33,656 nt of DNA from the NCBI GenBank assembly GCA_046758705.1, contig JBHIAT010000018.1, positions 1 to 33,656 of the forward strand. Direction: 5' to 3'. A program made the translations under genes and the position numbers. Below are positions 27,887-33,656 of the stretch, piece by piece. The first letter of the stretch is position 1; every line of letters begins with the position of its first letter. The stretch comes from Candidatus Bipolaricaulia bacterium (GTDB taxonomy: Bacteria > Bipolaricaulota > Bipolaricaulia > JBHIAT01). Under the pieces are notes generated by a model. It worked only from the letters and a program-made list of their open reading frames with translations. It searched no databases and was not told where the DNA came from.

Positions 27887-29226
27887 AACCTGCCTGTTTC
27901 CCGGATAATTTCCTCATAATGGTTTGCGACGTAGGTGAGCAGGATGACCGAGGCAGCAAAGATCTTCACCAGATCCTGCTCCTCCAGACGTACGGTCTCA
28001 AGCGACCTCGGATTGAACCCCAATCCTCGTTCCACGTCGATCCCGGTGTAGCCGGACAGGTTCACCACGATGCTCTGCTTGGTAAACGTCCCGGTATCAG
28101 GCTGCAGTGCAATTCGGAACAACCCACCAATCGGAATGAGTCGGTCTCCGCTTCGGGCGACGTAGACGCGGATGTCGTAGTTGCGGGACGAATTTCGCCA
28201 GTGGGCGTGATGGGAGGTGATCTTCTCGCAAGCGGTGTACGGGAACGGATTGCGCCAGACCCCGAACTTGCGGCGGAACTCGCCGACACTCTCCTCGATG
28301 ACCGACGGGATGTGAGAGTCGGGCAGGACGGGCAGCACGCCGGCGCCGCCGCTCCCCTGGAATGGCTTGATGACCAGATCGCCCACCTGACTTTGTTGTT
28401 CGTGACAGATCGCTTCCAGTTCCTCAGCGGTGTGGGCTTGCCAGAACGGCATCAGGTAGATTCGATGGGGTGTCAACCGATCGATCGCCGCCTCCACCGC
28501 GCGGTAGGTCAGGTACTTGTCGTCGGTGATCGGAAACACCCAGTTGCTCAGGACCACATCCGCTGTCTCGCCCATGTTCATCAGGTAATGGCGGCGTGCG
28601 ACCCCATCCCCGATGATGGCGCTGACGGGATGGCCCTGAAAGAACGACCGACCGTCGTAGATCTGGATGGGGGGAACGATCTTGCGATAGGTGCCCACCA
28701 GAATCGTCGCCCGACCTGCACCCAGCTTGCCGGGGTGAAAGTCATCGATCGAAACGATCTGGGCGGTGTCACACCGTCCTCCCTCGACCAGGGCACGCTG
28801 GAGGTAGGAGGCGATGTACAGCTTCTCGTAGAGCAGGCTGTCATGGGTCGGCATGCCGATCACGATCAGCGGGGCATCGTCGTCGATGAACCGTAGCATC
28901 TCTATATAACCGGCACACGCCTCGGCGGCACTCTCCGGATCCATGGCAGAGATCCCCCGGGTGCTGCCCCCGTTGGTCTCCAGGACAGTATAGTTTAACT
29001 CTCCGGACTCGTCGTCCCGGCGCACCATGAAGTCAACTGAGCCGAGGAAGAACGACGACCCTTCGATCCGGTTGTCACCCTCCGGGATCCGTTCCAGGGC
29101 ACGTCGCTGGAGCGATTCGATCAACGTCCGATCCTGGGACTCCCGGATCGGGGCCAGAGAGATCAGCTTCTTGCCCAGGAACGGCGACAGGTGGATAAGC
29201 CGCTCCACGTCGTCGAGGGTGATCAT
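27868..29226 (-). CDS. Circularly permuted ATP-grasp-like ligase of unknown function
   Basis: N-terminal DFMV...VLETNGG (ExN), followed by LVIKPFQGSGGAGV and YDIRVYV. This order matches circularly permuted ATP-grasp families. RBS GAGGAGG. Confidence 0.6.
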   Translation of the reverse strand: MITLDDVERLIHLSPFLGKKLISLAPIRESQDRTLIESLQRRALERIPEGDNRIEGSSFFLGSVDFMVRRDDESGELNYTVLETNGGSTRGISAMDPESAAEACAGYIEMLRFIDDDAPLIVIGMPTHDSLLYEKLYIASYLQRALVEGGRCDTAQIVSIDDFHPGKLGAGRATILVGTYRKIVPPIQIYDGRSFFQGHPVSAIIGDGVARRHYLMNMGETADVVLSNWVFPITDDKYLTYRAVEAAIDRLTPHRIYLMPFWQAHTAEELEAICHEQQSQVGDLVIKPFQGSGGAGVLPVLPDSHIPSVIEESVGEFRRKFGVWRNPFPYTACEKITSHHAHWRNSSRNYDIRVYVARSGDRLIPIGGLFRIALQPDTGTFTKQSIVVNLSGYTGIDVERGLGFNPRSLETVRLEEQDLVKIFAASVILLTYVANHYEEIIRETGRFQSHTM

Positions 29227-29262
29227 GCTCGAATACCTCCTCAGTCCTCGCTCTCTTACACC

Positions 29263-30468
29263 TCACACCTTCAGCACATAGAGGGGGATCAGCTTGGCCA
29301 CCAGCTCTCCCAGCCCCAACTCCATCGTCCGCAGCGCCACCTGCTTACCTCGGTAGTCAAACGGCAACGACCGGGGATTCGAGATGATCTTCCGGCCGCG
29401 GTCGTTGGCAAACTCCACCTCGAAGTAGCGCTTGCCGCTGACCTCCAGCACCCGACATACGCGGGCGAGGTGGGGAAAGTCGTATCCACCGCCATGAGGC
29501 AGTATATCGGCATGAAGCAGCCGCTCATAGACGCCGAGTTCGCGGGCGCGCTGGGCGAACCCCAGGTTCTCGATCACCTCCGGGGTCAGGTTGCGCGTCC
29601 CTCGAAACAGATAGACGGGCAGATCTCCGCGCAGTGCCAGAGGGTAGAGAATTCTTTCCGTTTCGACGATCGGATGGGTGCCGAGCACCATCTCATTCGG
29701 ACCGATCAACCCCTGATGGGTCTCGTTATGCAATGGCCGGTAGTCCCCGAAGATCCGCTCCGCGGCCAACCGGCGCCGTCGGCGCACGAACGCCTCCACC
29801 CACTGATAGTACTCGTAGTAGCGAGTGGCCTGTGAGCCGGTCAGGATATGGAGGGAGCCGAACGGCGTTTCCACCACCTCGGCCCTTCCCCTTAAGCTGG
29901 GGCTGGCGTCATAATACAAGCCATCCCCCAGCGGGTTCTCGCCCCGCAATTCGCTCCCGGCGGCGTGGATCAGGAACGCATACGGGGGGAGCGATTGGTG
30001 AGCGATCGCCCGCACGCGAAAGATGTCGATGAAGTGGTTGCTCTTCCCGAAATCCCACCGGATCTTGATTCCATCGATCTTCATCCGATCTTGATTGAGT
30101 TGATGGGCGTGGTGGAGCACCGTCTCTGCATCGGGGAGTTGATCCAGCCCGCCGAGGATCATGCCGCAGGCGTTCGGCTTCAGGTCGAGGACCATCAACT
30201 CGACCTGCCCATCTCCCCAGCACAGCTTGCCTCCATAGCTGAAGCCACTCTCCCACCGGTTAATGTTTCGGGTGACCGTCATATCAGGGGAGCCGATAAA
30301 CGTGGCATCTGGAGGGAGACCGAGTTGCTCCTGGAGGTAATGGAGCTTCGCCAGGCCGTACTGCATGTTGGCGATACACAGGCTCCGGCCGCTGTCCAGG
30401 GGGCCGGTGGCGAATATGTGGGCCCTGGCCCGTTGCAATCGCGTTGCTCGATCGGCCGATGCCGACAT
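29263..30468 (-). CDS. Highly divergent RtcB-like protein
   Basis: Motifs colinear with RtcB: SPD, FSYGG, NACG, GKSNHFID, LIH, THQ, PHGGG, terminal PLYVLKV. ATG at 30468 follows GGAGG. Confidence 0.7.
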   Translation of the reverse strand: MSASADRATRLQRARAHIFATGPLDSGRSLCIANMQYGLAKLHYLQEQLGLPPDATFIGSPDMTVTRNINRWESGFSYGGKLCWGDGQVELMVLDLKPNACGMILGGLDQLPDAETVLHHAHQLNQDRMKIDGIKIRWDFGKSNHFIDIFRVRAIAHQSLPPYAFLIHAAGSELRGENPLGDGLYYDASPSLRGRAEVVETPFGSLHILTGSQATRYYEYYQWVEAFVRRRRRLAAERIFGDYRPLHNETHQGLIGPNEMVLGTHPIVETERILYPLALRGDLPVYLFRGTRNLTPEVIENLGFAQRARELGVYERLLHADILPHGGGYDFPHLARVCRVLEVSGKRYFEVEFANDRGRKIISNPRSLPFDYRGKQVALRTMELGLGELVAKLIPLYVLKV

Positions 30469-30547
30469 CGCTGCCTCCACCCCCGAGAAATGTGAGAGCA
30501 TTAAAAGTGCTCCAATTGACGGCTGTCAACCTGCTGCAACGACTTGA

Positions 30548-31687
30548 CTAATCGTCGGATGAATCCTCGTCCTTGATCTCTCTTTTCTTTCTCAGCTCTT
30601 CTGCCCGTTTCTGAAGCTCCTGGAAGTAATCGCTATCGGTGATCTCAGCCACCTGGCGAGCCTTCCTGGCCTCGTTGACCTCGATGCGCAGCTCCTCGAC
30701 TTGCTGTCGTAGATTCTCTTCGCGCAGGATCACTTCCTGTGCCATCTGGCCGAACATTTGGCTTAAGCGGCTGATCTCGTCCCTGGCGTCTGTCGCTTTG
30801 AGTTCGGCCGCGTTCGCGCTGGTGAGCTGACCGGCTTCCATCAGCTGTGCTGCCCGCGTCAGGCGCAGCAACGGGCGCGACATACTTTGCGCCAGCAATG
30901 CGGCGTTGGCGACGGTGAAGACCAGGGTCAGCAGGATGATGAAACCCAGTTTGACTGTCAGTTCGGTCGGGCTGGCCGTTGCTCCGGTGGTCTGCTGTGC
31001 CAGGAGAAAACCGAGCAGGGCGACCGGTAACGCCGCCGAGATCAGGATGGCGATAAACAGGCGTTTCATCAAGCCCGAGCGGGTCCAGTCGGTGGATCGG
31101 AGGTCGAGACGTTCGTAGTTAAATAGCAAAATGGGTACGAGGATCACCGCGGCGATCAGATTGACTTGGATCGCCGGGACGAATTCTTCGGACAGCGCGA
31201 AGTTGAAACTCAAGTCGTCGAGAGGAATATCCGTGAACGAGGCAAAGCTCATGCCGACGACGATGCCGAGGACGGTGAACGCCAGCGCACGGAGTTGATC
31301 GGTGAAGTTAAAGTAACGGCGGTTGAACAGAGTCAACAGGCCCGGGATCAGCCCCATCAGTCCGTTGCCCACCTGCCAGTTCAACAGGTAGCCTTGCACT
31401 AAATCGAGCGGTAGATTGCCGGTGGCCGGATCGGGCGGATAGACCAGGTAACCTGACCACAGATCCCCGAGAAGGTTGCCCAGCATCCCGGTGAAAAAGC
31501 CGACGATCGGGCCGAATACAAATCCGAAAAAGATCGGTACCGCTACCCCCGGCCGGATTTCGACACCCTCGGCGGCGGCCAATGGAAAGATGTTGGTGAG
31601 CCACGATATGCCACCGTACAGTAGCATGCCGACAATCATGGCCAGCATCCCGCGTTGTCCCAGCGCTAATGGTTTGCGTTCGCTCAT
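30548..31687 (-). CDS. ECF S-component-like membrane domain + HAMP + conserved C-terminal coiled-coil tail
   Basis: IRPGVAVPIFFGFVFGPIVGFFTGMLGNLLGD (S-component-like); SRPLLRLTRAA...DEISRLSQMF (HAMP); tail LRIEVNEARKARQVAEITDSDYFQEL. Confidence 0.75.
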   Translation of the reverse strand: MSERKPLALGQRGMLAMIVGMLLYGGISWLTNIFPLAAAEGVEIRPGVAVPIFFGFVFGPIVGFFTGMLGNLLGDLWSGYLVYPPDPATGNLPLDLVQGYLLNWQVGNGLMGLIPGLLTLFNRRYFNFTDQLRALAFTVLGIVVGMSFASFTDIPLDDLSFNFALSEEFVPAIQVNLIAAVILVPILLFNYERLDLRSTDWTRSGLMKRLFIAILISAALPVALLGFLLAQQTTGATASPTELTVKLGFIILLTLVFTVANAALLAQSMSRPLLRLTRAAQLMEAGQLTSANAAELKATDARDEISRLSQMFGQMAQEVILREENLRQQVEELRIEVNEARKARQVAEITDSDYFQELQKRAEELRKKREIKDEDSSDD

Positions 31688-31714
31688 AACATGCCTCCCA
31701 TGTGAGACTACAAC

Positions 31715-33049
31715 CTACAATTCAAGATCCTCCAGAGTGCTGAGACGTCGTCGGCGCTTCAACCGCCAGTTGAGCATGCTCTCGTCGTAGTGGCCCCGAA
31801 ACTGGGTGATGGCCCACAGCGCGATTCCAGCGCAGGCACCGCCCAGACTGAGATAGAGCGTGCGACCGACCTCTGGAGCGAGCAGATTTTGTCCGACGGC
31901 GAACACCACCGCCCCGACCATCCCACAGCTGAGGACCGATCCGAGTGGATACAGGTAACCGTCGAGGAACACACTGACGCGCCCCCGGCGCTCGTCGGGC
32001 ACCATTCCCTGAAACGCTCTGCGCGATGGCTCGTCTATACCTGATAGGGTGATCCGGGTCAGAAAATCCCCGATTGCCACTCCGATCAAAACAGGCCAGG
32101 CAAGTACCAGAAACAGGCCGATCAGCAACGCCCCCGGCATGAAGGCGAAGATCGACTTGAACCCGATGCGGTTCAGCAGCCAACTGGCGCCCACCCCTTG
32201 CACCAGCAGCAGCATGACCCAAACAGCTGCCCGAAATGTCCCATAAAAAGCTTGCAACGCAGCCGGCTCCGGGTAGGTGTTTAAGGCGCTGACGATCAGT
32301 TGGTATTCGATCACGTTGAGGCCCACTCCCAACAGAATCATTGCCAGACTCAGATAGCGAAATGACGGCACTTCGCGAACGAACGCCAGCCCCTCGCGCA
32401 GCGTATCCAGCACGGTCTCGTCTTGGCGCGATTGATGGGTGGTGATCTTGATCCGGCGCAGGGCCACGGCCAGGATGATCGCCGACACCAAGATCAACCC
32501 CGCGTTGACCAGCAGCAATGCGACACGGCCTAACAGGCTCTCGGCCAGCGATTGGGCTACGCCGGCCGCCAGCCCGTTGCCCAGTATCCCGCCGACAAGT
32601 GCCGCAACCCCCAACAGCGGAAACAGTCGCTTGGCCGCGGCGGTCGAAAACAGATCATTGGCCAACGTCCAGATCAGCAGTGGGAGCAACATCCACTGCT
32701 GATCATTGATCACCGTCAACAGCGGATAGGACAGCCAATCGGGCACACCTGAGACGAACAGGAGAAACAGGAGCACATAGACGAGGCTGAAGCTCACGGA
32801 CAGACGGATCGCCAGTCTGCCGCGCTGTGTCCGATCGACGATCAGCGAGTATGCGCCCGAGGTTAAGATCACGATCAGCATGTCGATCGCCCACACCCAC
32901 AGGATTTGCTCTGCCCCGACGCGGCTGACGAACCCGCTGGTGGCGACCACTTCGTTGGATTCCAGGACGAGGGAGTTAATGAACAGCAGCAGGGCCAGTG
33001 TGGTGAACCGAGACCACTCACCGGGCAGAACACGAGCACCGATCTTCAC
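31715..33049 (-). CDS. MFS transporter, Npt/TLC (nucleotide exchange)-like
   Basis: About 12 transmembrane segments; W-x-LANDLF-x4-AKRLFPL motif characteristic of TLC/Npt-like carriers. Confidence 0.7.
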   Translation of the reverse strand: MKIGARVLPGEWSRFTTLALLLFINSLVLESNEVVATSGFVSRVGAEQILWVWAIDMLIVILTSGAYSLIVDRTQRGRLAIRLSVSFSLVYVLLFLLFVSGVPDWLSYPLLTVINDQQWMLLPLLIWTLANDLFSTAAAKRLFPLLGVAALVGGILGNGLAAGVAQSLAESLLGRVALLLVNAGLILVSAIILAVALRRIKITTHQSRQDETVLDTLREGLAFVREVPSFRYLSLAMILLGVGLNVIEYQLIVSALNTYPEPAALQAFYGTFRAAVWVMLLLVQGVGASWLLNRIGFKSIFAFMPGALLIGLFLVLAWPVLIGVAIGDFLTRITLSGIDEPSRRAFQGMVPDERRGRVSVFLDGYLYPLGSVLSCGMVGAVVFAVGQNLLAPEVGRTLYLSLGGACAGIALWAITQFRGHYDESMLNWRLKRRRRLSTLEDLEL

Positions 33050-33387
33050 TCCATCTCCTCCTCGTCCAAGACCTTCCAGATGTCCTGAGACAGCTGAGGT
33101 CCCTGTTTGGGGGCCAGGTGAATCCGGTAGCGCAGTTCGCCTTCCACGTCCATCTCCGTCACGAAACCTTTCTCCACCAGCGCCGCCAGCATGGCGTGGA
33201 CCGCCTTCTCATCCTCGCCGGTGTGCGTCACCACATCGGCCAGGCTCACCTCGTCGTTCCGCATGATCCAGTTGACGAGCTGGCGCAACGAGTCGGGCAG
33301 GGTCAGGAGATCGGTCATACGAAGGCCGGCGGCTTTCTCGCGCTCTTCACTCTCTTCCCGCGAGCGATCGAGCGGCTCCTTGGTCAT
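33046..33387 (-). CDS. Small winged-helix protein
   Basis: DLLTLPD...VSLADV...LAALVEKGFV followed by wing strands; translationally coupled to the transporter (GTGA overlap). Confidence 0.65.
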   Translation of the reverse strand: MTKEPLDRSREESEEREKAAGLRMTDLLTLPDSLRQLVNWIMRNDEVSLADVVTHTGEDEKAVHAMLAALVEKGFVTEMDVEGELRYRIHLAPKQGPQLSQDIWKVLDEEEME

Positions 33388-33402
33388 CTCCCCCCTCGAC
33401 CT

Positions 33403-33656
33403 TCAGCCGGAGTCGGTGATCTGATTGGCAACCCCGCGCACTCCCTCGGTAAACGGATGGTCAGGGTAGCGCAGGCAGAAGACATCGCTGCTGCCCAGAC
33501 GGACCATCTCTTCGTTGAGGGGCAGGATGCCGGCCACCGGCGCGTTGTAGGTGGTCTCCACCTGTTGCCGTAGGGCGTCGAAATCGAAGGCTGTCAACGC
33601 CTTGTTGACCACCATCAGCAGTTTGGGCACCTCCAACTTTCGGGCCACGTCCACCG
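33403..33656 (-). CDS. MinD/ParA family ATPase, C-terminal part (truncated by the window edge)
   Basis: LMVVNK, VAGILP, FCLRYPDHP resemble MinD C-terminal motifs; the Walker A lies outside the window. Confidence 0.7.
   Translation of the reverse strand, partial: VDVARKLEVPKLLMVVNKALTAFDFDALRQQVETTYNAPVAGILPLNEEMVRLGSSDVFCLRYPDHPFTEGVRGVANQITDSG

Noticed and set aside
27877-28896. 339-aa plus-strand ORF
   Set aside because: Antisense to the ATP-grasp-like gene, which has the RBS and the catalytic motifs.

Overview
Bacterial window, probably from a diderm (it encodes an Omp85-type barrel and a Tat-exported TRAP receptor). From left to right: (1) An AT-richer RiPP locus on the minus strand. 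It holds a 55-aa Cys-x3 precursor missing from the ORF track (4369-4536), two radical SAM/SPASM enzymes and an ABC exporter, and resembles thuricin CD-type sactipeptide clusters. (2) An IsrB-type OMEGA element, a Crp/Fnr regulator and a gluzincin-PD40-Omp85 fusion protein. (3) A TRAP transporter with two aldolases and a URO-D-like gene. (4) An intein-containing rtcB. (5) A lipA-pdhABC-lpdA-lipB operon interrupted by a second IsrB element. (6) HU and an M14-type amidohydrolase. (7) A divergent RtcB paralog paired with a circularly permuted ATP-grasp-like gene. (8) A MinD/wHTH/nucleotide-transporter/ECF-HAMP module. The end of a third OMEGA-like element lies at 1-55. Both complete IsrB elements end immediately before the ATG of a host gene. 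No rRNA, tRNA or CRISPR array was seen. All family calls come from reading motifs by eye; no database searches were run.
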